Below the pieces are notes generated by a model. It had not been told where the DNA came from, did no database searches, and saw only the letters and a list, made by a program, of their open reading frames with translations. A stretch of DNA of 64,000 nucleotides from a plasmid, in the sequence record NZ_CP110904.1. One strand, given 5' to 3'. A program made the position numbers and the translations under genes. Below are positions 40,508 through 51,853 of this stretch, piece by piece (positions within the stretch are counted from its first letter, which is position 1; each line of letters begins with the position of its first letter).

Positions 40508-40659
40508 CCTTTCTTATCGAAACTCGTTGAGATGATATGCAATCAAGAATAGAATTTCAAGAACTATTTTCGAGAATCGCAATGCCTTGATTCCCGTGCC
40601 GCGCCGGTTGCCTTGGCGGGCTTGTCACAAACCTACGTTTTCAAGAAGAAGGAAACCGC

Positions 40660-40715
40660 ATGCCCCGCCGTTCGATCCTCTCCGCCGCCGAGCGCGAAAG
40701 CCTGCTGGCGTTGCC
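40660..40715 (+). pseudogene. tnpA: 5' end of a Tn21-like tnpA (first 18 codons [19 protein letters not shown]) truncated by the IR of the adjacent transposon
   Basis: Identical to the N-terminus of the complete TnpA at 43721, in the opposite orientation, and abutting the IR at 40716. Confidence 0.6.
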
Positions 40716-40748
40716 GGGGTCGTCTCAGAAAACGGAAAATAAAGCACG

Positions 40749-43721
40749 CTAAGCCGGTGGCAGCGGTCGCAATGGCCTAAACTTCCCCGCACCGACCTTG
40801 GCGCTGCTGCGCCATAGGTAATCGCCGGTCAGGTTGATGTGCTCCCACCCCAGCGGCGACAGATATTGCAACAATGTGTCGTCCAGCGCCGTGCCGTTGC
40901 CACGCAAAGCACTGGTGGCACGCTCCAGATATACCGTGTTCCACAACACGATGGCCGCCGTCACCAGATTGAGGCCGCTGGCCCGGTAGCGCTGCTGCTC
41001 AAAACTGCGGTCGCGGATTTCACCCAATCGGTAGAAGAAGACCGCCCTGGCCAGCGCGTTGCGCGCCTCGCCCTTATTCAGCCCCGCATGGACGCGGCGG
41101 CGCAGCTCCACGCTTTGCAGCCAATCCAAAATGAACAGCGTGCGCTCGATGCGCCCCAGCTCGCGCAACGCCACGGCCAAGCCGTTCTGGCGCGGGTAGC
41201 TGCCGAGTTTGCGCAGCATCAGCGAAGCCGTTACCGTGCCTTGCTTGATGGAGGTGGCCAGCCGCAGAATTTCATCCCAATGGGCGCGTATTTGCTTGAT
41301 GTTCAGCCTGTCGCTGCTAATCATCGGCTTGAGCGCGTCATAGGCGGCATCGCCCTTGGGGATGAATAGCTTGGTTTCGCCCAAGTCACGGATACGCGGC
41401 GCGAAGCGAAATCCCAGCAAATGCATCAAGCCAAACACGTGATCGGTGAAGCCTGCCGTGTCGGTGTAGTGTTCCTCGATGCGCAAGTCCGACTCGTGGT
41501 ACAGCAGGCCATCAAGCACGTAAGTTGAATCACGAATGCCCACGTTGACCACCTTGGCACTGAAGGGCGCGTACTGGTCGGAGATATGGGTGTAGAAAGT
41601 CCGTCCTGGACTGCTTCCATACTTCGGGTTGATATGACCAGTGCTTTCTGCTTTGCTGCCGGTTCTGAAGTTCTGGCCGTCCGACGATGACGTGGTGCCG
41701 TCACCCCAGTTGCCGGCGAAGGGTTGCCGAAACTGCGCATTCACCAGCTCGGCCAGCGCCGTCGAATAGGTTTCATCGCGGATGTGCCAGGCTTGCAGCC
41801 AAGACAGCTTGGCGTAGGTGGTGCCAGGGCAGGACTCGGCCATTTTGGTCAGACCCAGGTTGATCGCGTCGGCCAGGATCGTCGTCAACAGCAAGGTTTT
41901 GTCCTTGGCCGTGTCGCTGGTCTTCAGGTGTGTGAAGTGGCGGGTGAAGCCCGTCCATTCATCGACCTCCATCAGCAACTCGGTGATTTTGAGGTGCGGC
42001 AGCAGCATAGCTGTCTGGTCGATCATGGCTTGCGCGGCGTCTGGTACTGCCGCGTCCAGCGGCGTGATCTTCAGGCCTGACGCGGTGGTGATGATGGCAT
42101 CCGGTAAGTCGTTGGCCGCAGCCATGCGGTTGACTGTGGCGAGTTGCGCCTCCAACAATTCCAACCGGTCATGCAGGTATTGGTCGCAGTCGGTGGCCAC
42201 TGCCAGCGGCAATTCGCTGGCCAGCTTCAAAGTGGCGAACTTCTCGACCGGCACCAGGTATTCGTCGAAGTCCTTGAACTGGCGAGAACCCTGCACCCAG
42301 ACATCACCGGAGCGCAGCGCGTTCTTCAGCTCCGACAGGGCGCATAACTCGTAGTAACGCCGGTCGATGCCGTCGTCGGTCAGAACCAGCTTTGCCCAGC
42401 GCGGCTTGATGAATGCGGTTGGCGCATCGGCGGGCACCTTGCGCGCGCTGTCGCTGTTCATGCCGCGCAGCATGTCGATGGCATCGAGCACACCCTTGGC
42501 GGCGGGCGCAGCCCGCAATTTGAGCACGCCCAGGAACTGCGGCGCGTAGCGGCGTAGCGTGGCATAGCTTTCACCGATGTGGTGCAGGAAATCAAAGTCG
42601 GCAGGCCGCGCCAATGTTTGCGCTTCGGTGACGCTGGCGGCGAAGGTGTCCCAGGGCATAACGGCCTCGATGGCGGCGAACGGATCGCTGCCGCTTTGCT
42701 TGGCCTCAATCAACGCTTGACCGATGCGCCCATACATCCGCACCTTGTCGTTGATCGCCTTGCCGGAAGCCTGGAACTGCTGCTGATGCTTGTTCTTGGC
42801 CGCGTTGAACAGCTTGCCGATGATGCGATCGTGAAGGTCGATGATTTCATCGGTGACGGTGGCCATGCCTTCGATGGCCAGCGCTACCAGCGTGGCATAG
42901 CGTCGTTGCACCTCGAACTTTGCCAGATCAGCAGGCGTCATCTGGCCACCTTCACGAGCGATTTTGAGCAGGCGGTTCTGGTGAACCTGCCGCTCGATGC
43001 CTGCGGGCAGATCAAGTGCTTGCCAGGATTTCAGGCGCTCAATATGTTCGAGCATGTGGCGAGAGTTCGGTTTGGCAGGCGACTGGCGCAGCCATGCCAG
43101 CCACGTCACTTTACTGCCGTCCTTGCGCTTGAGAAGTTCGTCCAGGCGCTGACGGTGGGGTGATAACAAAGAATCGGTCAGCGCCGCGTAAATGCGTCGG
43201 TTGGCACGGGTGATGGCCTCGGCGCTTGCGCGCTCGATGGCATTCATGGCGGGCAGGATAATGCTCTGCCGCCGCAGATTCTCGACAAGTGCGCTCGCCA
43301 GCACGATGCCTTTGTCGGTCTGCAAGGCCAGCTCGGTCAATGTATGCACGGCTTGCCGATAGTGGCTCATGGTGAAGGGCTTGAACCCAAAAACCGTTTG
43401 CAGCTCGACCAAGTGCTCCCGCCGTGTCTGTTCGCGCTGGCCGTACTCGCTCCAACTTTCCACTGGCATCTTGAGTTGCGCGGCCACCATGCGCAACAGG
43501 GGCGGAAACGGAGGCTCATCGACGCCCAAAAAGGTGCCAGGGAATCGCAAGTAGCAAAGCTGCACAGCGAAGCCCAATCGATTCGCGGCGCCGCGACGCT
43601 GACGGATCACCGACAGGTCGGTTTCGTTGAACGTGTAGTGCCGTATCAGTTCGTCTTTGGCATCTGGCAGTGCCAGCAGGCTTTCGCGCTCGGTGGCGGA
43701 CAGGATTGAGCGGCGTGGCAT
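40749..43721 (-). CDS. tnpA: Tn21-subgroup transposase
   Basis: 990 aa, [31 protein letters not shown].... Its stop lies inside the IR. Confidence 0.95.
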   Translation of the reverse strand: MPRRSILSATERESLLALPDAKDELIRHYTFNETDLSVIRQRRGAANRLGFAVQLCYLRFPGTFLGVDEPPFPPLLRMVAAQLKMPVESWSEYGQREQTRREHLVELQTVFGFKPFTMSHYRQAVHTLTELALQTDKGIVLASALVENLRRQSIILPAMNAIERASAEAITRANRRIYAALTDSLLSPHRQRLDELLKRKDGSKVTWLAWLRQSPAKPNSRHMLEHIERLKSWQALDLPAGIERQVHQNRLLKIAREGGQMTPADLAKFEVQRRYATLVALAIEGMATVTDEIIDLHDRIIGKLFNAAKNKHQQQFQASGKAINDKVRMYGRIGQALIEAKQSGSDPFAAIEAVMPWDTFAASVTEAQTLARPADFDFLHHIGESYATLRRYAPQFLGVLKLRAAPAAKGVLDAIDMLRGMNSDSARKVPADAPTAFIKPRWAKLVLTDDGIDRRYYELCALSELKNALRSGDVWVQGSRQFKDFDEYLVPVEKFATLKLASELPLAVATDCDQYLHDRLELLEAQLATVNRMAAANDLPDAIITTASGLKITPLDAAVPDAAQAMIDQTAMLLPHLKITELLMEVDEWTGFTRHFTHLKTSDTAKDKTLLLTTILADAINLGLTKMAESCPGTTYAKLSWLQAWHIRDETYSTALAELVNAQFRQPFAGNWGDGTTSSSDGQNFRTGSKAESTGHINPKYGSSPGRTFYTHISDQYAPFSAKVVNVGIRDSTYVLDGLLYHESDLRIEEHYTDTAGFTDHVFGLMHLLGFRFAPRIRDLGETKLFIPKGDAAYDALKPMISSDRLNIKQIRAHWDEILRLATSIKQGTVTASLMLRKLGSYPRQNGLAVALRELGRIERTLFILDWLQSVELRRRVHAGLNKGEARNALARAVFFYRLGEIRDRSFEQQRYRASGLNLVTAAIVLWNTVYLERATSALRGNGTALDDTLLQYLSPLGWEHINLTGDYLWRSSAKVGAGKFRPLRPLPPA

Positions 43722-43723
43722 GG

Positions 43724-44341
43724 TCAGTCTTCCCGCAGGTACTGGTACAAGGTTTCGCGGCTGATGCCGAAGTCACGGGCCACCAAGGTTTTTTGGTCGC
43801 CTGCCGCAACTCGCCGTTTCAACTCGGCAATTTGTTCGCTGTTCAGCGATTTCTTTCGTCCCCGGTAGGCACCGCGCTGCTTGGCCAGCACGATTCCCTC
43901 GCGCTGACGTTCGCGGATCAGGGCGCGCTCGAACTCAGCGAAGGCTCCCATGACCGACAGCATCAGATTGGCCATCGGTGAGTCCTCGCCGGTGAACTTC
44001 AGCCCTTCTTTGACGAACTCCATGCGCACGCCCCGTTGTGTCAGCCCTTGGACGATGCGGCGCAGGTCATCAAGGTTGCGTGCCAGCCTGTCCATGCTAT
44101 GCACCACCACGGTGTCGCCCTCGCGGACGAAGGCCAGCAGCCTTTCCAGCTCGGGACGCTGGGTGTCCTTGCCAGAAGCCTTGTCGGTGAACACCCGCGC
44201 CACCTGAACACCCTCCAATTGCCGTTCCGGGTTCTGGTCGAAGCTGCTGACGCGGACATAGCCGATGCGTTGACCTTGCAAGATGCCTCCAAAGGCAAAA
44301 GTGTCAGGATGAAATCTATTACCTTTGACGGAATATGTCAA
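43724..44341 (-). CDS. tnpR: Tn21-subgroup resolvase
   Basis: …[22 protein letters not shown].... Confidence 0.95.
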   Translation of the reverse strand: MTYSVKGNRFHPDTFAFGGILQGQRIGYVRVSSFDQNPERQLEGVQVARVFTDKASGKDTQRPELERLLAFVREGDTVVVHSMDRLARNLDDLRRIVQGLTQRGVRMEFVKEGLKFTGEDSPMANLMLSVMGAFAEFERALIRERQREGIVLAKQRGAYRGRKKSLNSEQIAELKRRVAAGDQKTLVARDFGISRETLYQYLRED

Positions 44342-44586
44342 TCAATAGGAAATTTAACTCTATTCTGACATCGTTTGCACATGGTGTCGTTTTCAGAAGA
44401 CGGCTGCACTGAACGTCAGAAGCCGACTGCACTATAGCAGCGGAGGGGTTGGATCCATCAGGCAACGACGGGCTGCTGCCGGCCATCAGCGGACGCAGGG
44501 AGGACTTTCCGCAACCGGCCGTTCGATGCGGCACCGATGGCCTTCGCGCAGGGGTAGTGAATCCGCCAGGATTGACTTGCGCTGCC

Positions 44587-45519
44587 CTACCTCTCACTAG
44601 TGAGGGGCGGCAGCGCATCAAGCGGTGAGCGCACTCCGGCACCGCCAACTTTCAGCACATGCGTGTAAATCATCGTCGTAGAGACGTCGGAATGGCCGAG
44701 CAGATCCTGCACGGTTCGAATGTCGTAACCGCTGCGGAGCAAGGCCGTCGCGAACGAGTGGCGGAGGGTGTGCGGTGTGGCGGGCTTCGTGATGCCTGCT
44801 TGTTCTACGGCACGTTTGAAGGCGCGCTGAAAGGTCTGGTCATACATGTGATGGCGACGCACGACACCGCTCCGTGGATCGGTCGAATGCGTGTGCTGCG
44901 CAAAAACCCAGAACCACGGCCAGGAATGCCCGGCGCGCGGATACTTCCGCTCAAGGGCGTCGGGAAGCGCAACGCCGCTGCGGCCCTCGGCCTGGTCCTT
45001 CAGCCACCATGCCCGTGCACGCGACAGCTGCTCGCGCAGGCTGGGTGCCAAGCTCTCGGGTAACATCAAGGCCCGATCCTTGGAGCCCTTGCCCTCCCGC
45101 ACGATGATCGTGCCGTGATCGAAATCCAGATCCTTGACCCGCAGTTGCAAACCCTCACTGATCCGCATGCCCGTTCCATACAGAAGCTGGGCGAACAAAC
45201 GATGCTCGCCTTCCAGAAAACCGAGGATGCGAACCACTTCATCCGGGGTCAGCACCACCGGCAAGCGCCGCGACGGCCGAGGTCTTCCGATCTCCTGAAG
45301 CCAGGGCAGATCCGTGCACAGCACCTTGCCGTAGAAGAACAGCAAGGCCGCCAATGCCTGACGATGCGTGGAGACCGAAACCTTGCGCTCGTTCGCCAGC
45401 CAGGACAGAAATGCCTCGACTTCGCTGCTGCCCAAGGTTGCCGGGTGACGCACACCGTGGAAACGGATGAAGGCACGAACCCAGTGGACATAAGCCTGTT
45501 CGGTTGGTAAGCTGTAAAG
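44587..45519 (-). pseudogene. intI1: intI1, 5'-truncated (lacks about the first 36 codons, Pint and attI1)
   Basis: Matches IntI1 from …[13 protein letters not shown] onward. An in-frame stop immediately follows at the junction with the qacE-leader-like sequence. Confidence 0.85.
45485..45513 (+). promoter_or_regulatory. Pc cassette promoter, PcW with TGN extended -10 (TGGACA-17-TGG-TAAGCT)
   Basis: -35 TGGACA at 45485-45490 and -10 TAAGCT at 45508-45513, preceded by TGG; the canonical GGTTCG is GGTTGG here. Confidence 0.7.
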
Positions 45520-45620
45520 TTAGATGCACTAAGCACATAATTGCTCACAGCCAAACTATCAGGTCAAGTCTGCTTTTATTATTTTTAAGCGTGCATAATA
45601 AGCCCTACACAAATTGGGAG
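45519..45620. repeat. 102-bp qacE-cassette leader sequence, copy 1 (direct repeat of 48611-48712)
   Basis: GTTAGATGCACTAAGCACATAATTGCTCACAGCC...CAAATTGGGAG is identical to the segment preceding qacEdelta1. Confidence 0.85.
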
Positions 45621-45629
45621 TTAGACATC

Positions 45630-46229
45630 ATGAGCAACGCAAAAACAAAGTTAGGCATCACAAAGTACAGCATCGTGACCAACAGCAACGATTCCGTCAC
45701 ACTGCGCCTCATGACTGAGCATGACCTTGCGATGCTCTATGAGTGGCTAAATCGATCTCATATCGTCGAGTGGTGGGGCGGAGAAGAAGCACGCCCGACA
45801 CTTGCTGACGTACAGGAACAGTACTTGCCAAGCGTTTTAGCGCAAGAGTCCGTCACTCCATACATTGCAATGCTGAATGGAGAGCCGATTGGGTATGCCC
45901 AGTCGTACGTTGCTCTTGGAAGCGGGGACGGAAGGTGGGAAGAAGAAACCGATCCAGGAGTACGCGGAATAGACCAGTTACTGGCGAATGCATCACAACT
46001 GGGCAAAGGCTTGGGAACCAAGCTGGTTCGAGCTCTGGTTGAGTTGCTGTTCAATGATCCCGAGGTCACCAAGATCCAAACGGACCCGTCGCCGAGCAAC
46101 TTGCGAGCGATCCGATGCTACGAGAAAGCGGGGTTTGAGAGGCAAGGTACCGTAACCACCCCATATGGTCCAGCCGTGTACATGGTTCAAACACGCCAGG
46201 CATTCGAGCGAACACGCAGTGATGCCTAA
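45630..46229 (+). CDS. aac(6')-Ib-cr: aminoglycoside/fluoroquinolone acetyltransferase AAC(6')-Ib-cr
   Basis: 199 aa, [16 protein letters not shown].... Both -cr residues are present: GDGRWEEE (Arg in place of Trp) and TTPYGPAVY (Tyr in place of Asp). Confidence 0.9.
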   Translation: MSNAKTKLGITKYSIVTNSNDSVTLRLMTEHDLAMLYEWLNRSHIVEWWGGEEARPTLADVQEQYLPSVLAQESVTPYIAMLNGEPIGYAQSYVALGSGDGRWEEETDPGVRGIDQLLANASQLGKGLGTKLVRALVELLFNDPEVTKIQTDPSPSNLRAIRCYEKAGFERQGTVTTPYGPAVYMVQTRQAFERTRSDA

Positions 46230-46362
46230 CCCTTCCATCGAGGGGGACGTCCAAGGGCTGGCGCCCTTGGCCGCCCCTCATGTCAAACGTTGGGCGAACC
46301 CGGAGCCTCATTAATTGTTAGCCGTTAAAATTAAGCCCTTTACCAAACCAATACTTATTATG

Positions 46363-47190
46363 AAAAACACAATACATATCAACTTCGCTATTTTTTTAAT
46401 AATTGCAAATATTATCTACAGCAGCGCCAGTGCATCAACAGATATCTCTACTGTTGCATCTCCATTATTTGAAGGAACTGAAGGTTGTTTTTTACTTTAC
46501 GATGCATCCACAAACGCTGAAATTGCTCAATTCAATAAAGCAAAGTGTGCAACGCAAATGGCACCAGATTCAACTTTCAAGATCGCATTATCACTTATGG
46601 CATTTGATGCGGAAATAATAGATCAGAAAACCATATTCAAATGGGATAAAACCCCCAAAGGAATGGAGATCTGGAACAGCAATCATACACCAAAGACGTG
46701 GATGCAATTTTCTGTTGTTTGGGTTTCGCAAGAAATAACCCAAAAAATTGGATTAAATAAAATCAAGAATTATCTCAAAGATTTTGATTATGGAAATCAA
46801 GACTTCTCTGGAGATAAAGAAAGAAACAACGGATTAACAGAAGCATGGCTCGAAAGTAGCTTAAAAATTTCACCAGAAGAACAAATTCAATTCCTGCGTA
46901 AAATTATTAATCACAATCTCCCAGTTAAAAACTCAGCCATAGAAAACACCATAGAGAACATGTATCTACAAGATCTGGATAATAGTACAAAACTGTATGG
47001 GAAAACTGGTGCAGGATTCACAGCAAATAGAACCTTACAAAACGGATGGTTTGAAGGGTTTATTATAAGCAAATCAGGACATAAATATGTTTTTGTGTCC
47101 GCACTTACAGGAAACTTGGGGTCGAATTTAACATCAAGCATAAAAGCCAAGAAAAATGCGATCACCATTCTAAACACACTAAATTTATAA
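46363..47190 (+). CDS. blaOXA-1: OXA-1 class D beta-lactamase
   Basis: MKNTIHINFAIFLIIANIIYSSASAST...STFKIALSLMAFD...KTG. Confidence 0.95.
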   Translation, partial: KNTIHINFAIFLIIANIIYSSASASTDISTVASPLFEGTEGCFLLYDASTNAEIAQFNKAKCATQMAPDSTFKIALSLMAFDAEIIDQKTIFKWDKTPKGMEIWNSNHTPKTWMQFSVVWVSQEITQKIGLNKIKNYLKDFDYGNQDFSGDKERNNGLTEAWLESSLKISPEEQIQFLRKIINHNLPVKNSAIENTIENMYLQDLDNSTKLYGKTGAGFTANRTLQNGWFEGFIISKSGHKYVFVSALTGNLGSNLTSSIKAKKNAITILNTLNL

Positions 47191-47327
47191 AAAATCTAAT
47201 GGCAAAATCGCCCAACCCTTCAATCAAGTCGGGACGGCCAAAAGCAAGCTTTTGGCTCCCCTCGCTGGCGCTCGGCGCCCCTTATTTCAAACGTTAGACG
47301 GCAAAGTCACAGACCGCGGGATCTCTT

Positions 47328-47960
47328 ATGACCAACTACTTTGATAGCCCCTTCAAAGGCAAGCTGCTTTCTGAGCAAGTGAAGAACCCCAATATCAAAG
47401 TTGGGCGGTACAGCTATTACTCTGGCTACTATCATGGGCACTCATTCGATGACTGCGCACGGTATCTGTTTCCGGACCGTGATGACGTTGATAAGTTGAT
47501 CATCGGTAGTTTCTGCTCTATCGGGAGTGGGGCTTCCTTTATCATGGCTGGCAATCAGGGGCATCGGTACGACTGGGCATCATCTTTCCCGTTCTTTTAT
47601 ATGCAGGAAGAACCTGCATTCTCAAGCGCACTCGATGCCTTCCAAAAAGCAGGTAATACTGTCATTGGCAATGACGTTTGGATCGGCTCTGAGGCAATGG
47701 TCATGCCCGGAATCAAGATCGGGCACGGTGCGGTGATAGGCAGCCGCTCGTTGGTGACAAAAGATGTGGAGCCTTACGCTATCGTTGGCGGCAATCCCGC
47801 TAAGAAGATTAAGAAACGCTTCACCGATGAGGAAATTTCATTGCTTCTGGAGATGGAGTGGTGGAATTGGTCACTGGAGAAGATCAAAGCGGCAATGCCC
47901 ATGCTGTGCTCGTCTAATATTGTTGGCCTGCACAAGTATTGGCTCGAGTTTGCCGTCTAA
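47328..47960 (+). CDS. catB3: chloramphenicol acetyltransferase CatB3 (full length, 210 aa)
   Basis: [38 protein letters not shown].... Confidence 0.95.
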   Translation: MTNYFDSPFKGKLLSEQVKNPNIKVGRYSYYSGYYHGHSFDDCARYLFPDRDDVDKLIIGSFCSIGSGASFIMAGNQGHRYDWASSFPFFYMQEEPAFSSALDAFQKAGNTVIGNDVWIGSEAMVMPGIKIGHGAVIGSRSLVTKDVEPYAIVGGNPAKKIKKRFTDEEISLLLEMEWWNWSLEKIKAAMPMLCSSNIVGLHKYWLEFAV

Positions 47961-48044
47961 CAATTCAATCAAGCCGATGCCGCTTCGCGGCACGGCTTAT
48001 TTCAGGCGTTATGCAGCCAAATCCCAACAATTAAGGGTCTTAAA

Positions 48045-48497
48045 ATGGTAAAAGATTGGATTCCCATCTCTCATGATAATTACAAGCAGGTGCAAGGACC
48101 GTTCTATCATGGAACCAAAGCCAATTTGGCGATTGGTGACTTGCTAACCACAGGGTTCATCTCTCATTTCGAGGACGGTCGTATTCTTAAGCACATCTAC
48201 TTTTCAGCCTTGATGGAGCCAGCAGTTTGGGGAGCTGAACTTGCTATGTCACTGTCTGGCCTCGAGGGTCGCGGCTACATATACATAGTTGAGCCAACAG
48301 GACCGTTCGAAGACGATCCGAATCTTACGAACAAAAGATTTCCCGGTAATCCAACACAGTCCTATAGAACCTGCGAACCCTTGAGAATTGTTGGCGTTGT
48401 TGAAGACTGGGAGGGGCATCCTGTTGAATTAATAAGGGGAATGTTGGATTCGTTGGAGGACTTAAAGCGCCGTGGTTTACACGTCATTGAAGACTAG
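48045..48497 (+). CDS. arr-3: rifampin ADP-ribosyltransferase Arr-3
   Basis: 150 aa, MVKDWIPISHDNYKQVQGPFYHGTKANL.... Confidence 0.9.
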   Translation: MVKDWIPISHDNYKQVQGPFYHGTKANLAIGDLLTTGFISHFEDGRILKHIYFSALMEPAVWGAELAMSLSGLEGRGYIYIVEPTGPFEDDPNLTNKRFPGNPTQSYRTCEPLRIVGVVEDWEGHPVELIRGMLDSLEDLKRRGLHVIED

Positions 48498-48610
48498 TCC
48501 TTTGCATAACAAAGCCATCAAACCGGACGCCAGAGATTCCGCGCCTGTTGCGCATGGCTTCGCCATTTTATGCGCAATAGGCGCGCCACCCTGTCGCCGT
48601 TTATGGCGGC

Positions 48611-48712
48611 GTTAGATGCACTAAGCACATAATTGCTCACAGCCAAACTATCAGGTCAAGTCTGCTTTTATTATTTTTAAGCGTGCATAATAAGCCCTAC
48701 ACAAATTGGGAG
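48611..48712. repeat. 102-bp qacE leader, copy 2 (native position upstream of qacEdelta1)
   Basis: See 45519-45620. Confidence 0.85.
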
Positions 48713-48719
48713 ATATATC

Positions 48720-49067
48720 ATGAAAGGCTGGCTTTTTCTTGTTATCGCAATAGTTGGCGAAGTAATCGCAACATCCGCATTAAAATCTAGCGAGGGCTTT
48801 ACTAAGCTTGCCCCTTCCGCCGTTGTCATAATCGGTTATGGCATCGCATTTTATTTTCTTTCTCTGGTTCTGAAATCCATCCCTGTCGGTGTTGCTTATG
48901 CAGTCTGGTCGGGACTCGGCGTCGTCATAATTACAGCCATTGCCTGGTTGCTTCATGGGCAAAAGCTTGATGCGTGGGGCTTTGTAGGTATGGGGCTCAT
49001 AATTGCTGCCTTTTTGCTCGCCCGATCCCCATCGTGGAAGTCGCTGCGGAGGCCGACGCCATGGTGA
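48720..49067 (+). CDS. qacEdelta1: quaternary ammonium compound efflux SMR protein QacEdelta1
   Basis: 115 aa, [27 protein letters not shown].... Confidence 0.95.
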   Translation: MKGWLFLVIAIVGEVIATSALKSSEGFTKLAPSAVVIIGYGIAFYFLSLVLKSIPVGVAYAVWSGLGVVIITAIAWLLHGQKLDAWGFVGMGLIIAAFLLARSPSWKSLRRPTPW

Positions 49068-49900
49068 CGGTGTTCGGCATTCTGAATCTCACCGAGGACT
49101 CCTTCTTCGATGAGAGCCGGCGGCTAGACCCCGCCGGCGCTGTCACCGCGGCGATCGAAATGCTGCGAGTCGGATCAGACGTCGTGGATGTCGGACCGGC
49201 CGCCAGCCATCCGGACGCGAGGCCTGTATCGCCGGCCGATGAGATCAGACGTATTGCGCCGCTCTTAGACGCCCTGTCCGATCAGATGCACCGTGTTTCA
49301 ATCGACAGCTTCCAACCGGAAACCCAGCGCTATGCGCTCAAGCGCGGCGTGGGCTACCTGAACGATATCCAAGGATTTCCTGACCCTGCGCTCTATCCCG
49401 ATATTGCTGAGGCGGACTGCAGGCTGGTGGTTATGCACTCAGCGCAGCGGGATGGCATCGCCACCCGCACCGGTCACCTTCGACCCGAAGACGCGCTCGA
49501 CGAGATTGTGCGGTTCTTCGAGGCGCGGGTTTCCGCCTTGCGACGGAGCGGGGTCGCTGCCGACCGGCTCATCCTCGATCCGGGGATGGGATTTTTCTTG
49601 AGCCCCGCACCGGAAACATCGCTGTACGTGCTGTCGAACCTTCAAAAGCTGAAGTCGGCGTTGGGGCTTCCGCTATTGGTCTCGGTGTCGCGGAAATCCT
49701 TCTTGGGCGCCACCGTTGGCCTTCCTGTAAAGGATCTGGGTCCAGCGAGCCTTGCGGCGGAACTTCACGCGATCGGCAATGGCGCTGACTACGTCCGCAC
49801 CCACGCGCCTGGAGATCTGCGAAGCGCAATCACCTTCTCGGAAACCCTCGCGAAATTTCGCAGTCGCGACGCCAGAGACCGAGGGTTAGATCATGCCTAG
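49061..49900 (+). CDS. sul1: sulfonamide-resistant dihydropteroate synthase Sul1
   Basis: [23 protein letters not shown]...; its start overlaps the qacEdelta1 end. Confidence 0.95.
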   Translation: MVTVFGILNLTEDSFFDESRRLDPAGAVTAAIEMLRVGSDVVDVGPAASHPDARPVSPADEIRRIAPLLDALSDQMHRVSIDSFQPETQRYALKRGVGYLNDIQGFPDPALYPDIAEADCRLVVMHSAQRDGIATRTGHLRPEDALDEIVRFFEARVSALRRSGVAADRLILDPGMGFFLSPAPETSLYVLSNLQKLKSALGLPLLVSVSRKSFLGATVGLPVKDLGPASLAAELHAIGNGADYVRTHAPGDLRSAITFSETLAKFRSRDARDRGLDHA

Positions 49901-50027
49901 CATTCACCTTCCGGCCGCCCGCTAGCGGACCCTGGTCAGGTTCCGCGAAGGTGGGCGCAGACATGCTGGGCTCGTCAGGATCAAACTGCACTATGAGGCG
50001 GCGGTTCATACCGCGCCAGGGGAGCGA

Positions 50028-50528
50028 ATGGACAGCGAGGAGCCTCCGAACGTTCGGGTCGCCTGCTCGGGTGATATCGACGAGGTTGTGCGGCTGATGC
50101 ACGACGCTGCGGCGTGGATGTCCGCCAAGGGAACGCCCGCCTGGGACGTCGCGCGGATCGACCGGACATTCGCGGAGACCTTCGTCCTGAGATCCGAGCT
50201 CCTAGTCGCGAGTTGCAGCGACGGCATCGTCGGCTGTTGCACCTTGTCGGCCGAGGATCCCGAGTTCTGGCCCGACGCCCTCAAGGGGGAGGCCGCATAT
50301 CTGCACAAGCTCGCGGTGCGACGGACACATGCGGGCCGGGGTGTCAGCTCCGCGCTGATCGAGGCTTGCCGCCATGCCGCGCGAACGCAGGGGTGCGCCA
50401 AGCTGCGGCTCGACTGCCACCCGAACCTGCGTGGCCTATACGAGCGGCTCGGATTCACCCACGTCGACACTTTCAATCCCGGCTGGGATCCAACCTTCAT
50501 CGCAGAACGCCTAGAACTCGAAATCTAA
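50028..50528 (+). CDS. 3'-CS orf5 GNAT-family acetyltransferase
   Basis: 166 aa, MDSEEPPNVRVACSGDIDEVVRLMHDAAAW.... Confidence 0.85.
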   Translation: MDSEEPPNVRVACSGDIDEVVRLMHDAAAWMSAKGTPAWDVARIDRTFAETFVLRSELLVASCSDGIVGCCTLSAEDPEFWPDALKGEAAYLHKLAVRRTHAGRGVSSALIEACRHAARTQGCAKLRLDCHPNLRGLYERLGFTHVDTFNPGWDPTFIAERLELEI

Positions 50529-50848
50529 CGTCCGTTCGGGCATCGAGGTCCATGTCGGGGTGGGACGGGCCCGTGGCTTCAAGATCACTTGCAGTCCGAC
50601 CGCGATGTCTTGGTTGCGCGAGAGGTTGTCGATATCCTCCACTTCCATCATCAACCCTGGATAATGCCGCCGCCGTCATCGCCGCCGACGCCCGTGCCGG
50701 GCTTTTCGGGCCTGTCAGGCTTGCTCGGCCTTCAGCCTGCCTGGGCGAGATCTCCGGCGGACGGATTAACGGCGGAGCTTCGCCGCCTTTCGTGCGTGTG
50801 AAGGCCGAAGATAGTTCTCTCAAAAACATCCGTTTATGAGAGATACCA

Positions 50849-50873
50849 AATGTCATTTTCAGAAGACGACTGC
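50849..50873. repeat. integron IRt copy (TGTCATTTTCAGAAGACGACTGCAC) before IS6100
   Basis: Part of a 123-bp segment (50849-50971) that recurs inverted at 51882-52005. Confidence 0.8.
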
Positions 50874-50973
50874 ACCAGTTGATTGGGCGTAATGGCTGTT
50901 GTGCAGCCAGCTCCTGACAGTTCAATATCAGAAGTGATCTGCACCAATCTCGACTATGCTCAATACTCGTGTG

Positions 50974-51853
50974 GGCTCTGTTGCAAAAATCGTGAAGCTT
51001 GAGCATGCTTGGCGGAGATTGGACGGACGGAACGATGACGGATTTCAAGTGGCGCCATTTCCAGGGTGATGTGATCCTGTGGGCGGTGCGCTGGTATTGT
51101 CGCTATCCGATCAGCTATCGCGACCTTGAGGAAATGCTGGCGGAACGCGGCATTTCGGTCGACCATACGACGATCTATCGCTGGGTCCAGTGCTACGCCC
51201 CGGAGATGGAGAAGCGGCTGCGCTGGTTCTGGCGGCGTGGCTTTGATCCGAGCTGGCGCCTGGATGAAACCTACGTCAAGGTGCGGGGCAAGTGGACCTA
51301 CCTGTACCGGGCAGTCGACAAGCGGGGCGACACGATCGATTTCTACCTGTCGCCGACCCGCAGCGCCAAGGCAGCGAAGCGGTTCCTGGGCAAGGCCCTG
51401 CGAGGCCTGAAGCACTGGGAAAAGCCTGCCACGCTCAATACCGACAAAGCGCCGAGCTATGGTGCAGCGATCACCGAATTGAAGCGCGAAGGAAAGCTGG
51501 ACCGGGAGACGGCCCACCGGCAGGTGAAGTATCTCAATAACGTGATCGAGGCCGATCACGGAAAGCTCAAGATACTGATCAAGCCGGTGCGCGGTTTCAA
51601 ATCGATCCCCACGGCCTATGCCACGATCAAGGGATTCGAAGTCATGCGAGCCCTGCGCAAAGGACAGGCTCGCCCCTGGTGCCTGCAGCCCGGCATCAGG
51701 GGCGAGGTGCGCCTTGTGGAGAGAGCTTTTGGCATTGGGCCCTCGGCGCTGACGGAGGCCATGGGCATGCTCAACCACCATTTCGCAGCAGCCGCCTGAT
51801 CGGCGCAGAGCGACAGCCTACCTCTGACTGCCGCCAATCTTTGCAACAGAGCC
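50974..51853 (+). mobile_element. IS6100 (IS6 family, 880 bp)
   Basis: 14-bp IRs GGCTCTGTTGCAAA and TTTGCAACAGAGCC; transposase MTDFKWRHFQGDVILWAVRWY.... Confidence 0.95.
51035..51799 (+). CDS. tnpA: IS6100 transposase
   Basis: 254 aa starting at MTDFKW. Confidence 0.9.
   Translation: MTDFKWRHFQGDVILWAVRWYCRYPISYRDLEEMLAERGISVDHTTIYRWVQCYAPEMEKRLRWFWRRGFDPSWRLDETYVKVRGKWTYLYRAVDKRGDTIDFYLSPTRSAKAAKRFLGKALRGLKHWEKPATLNTDKAPSYGAAITELKREGKLDRETAHRQVKYLNNVIEADHGKLKILIKPVRGFKSIPTAYATIKGFEVMRALRKGQARPWCLQPGIRGEVRLVERAFGIGPSALTEAMGMLNHHFAAAA

Noticed and set aside
37476-40552. Plus-strand ORFs across the Tn3-family remnant (37476-38156, 38296-38958, 38937-39245, 39891-40535, 40163-40552)
   Set aside because: They are antisense to a consistent minus-strand gene series with overlaps and SD sequences. 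They are high-GC artefacts.
40716-40753. Whether the IR at 37437 and the IR at 40716 define one transposon
   Set aside because: Both are in the same orientation (GGGG at the left), so they cannot be the two ends of one element. 40716 pairs with the inverted IR at 56332-56369.
45239-45554. ORFs 45249-45554 and 45239-45538 (minus strand) spanning the intI1/Pc junction
   Set aside because: They are out of frame with intI1 and cross the junction with the qacE-leader copy. They are artefacts of the truncated integrase region.
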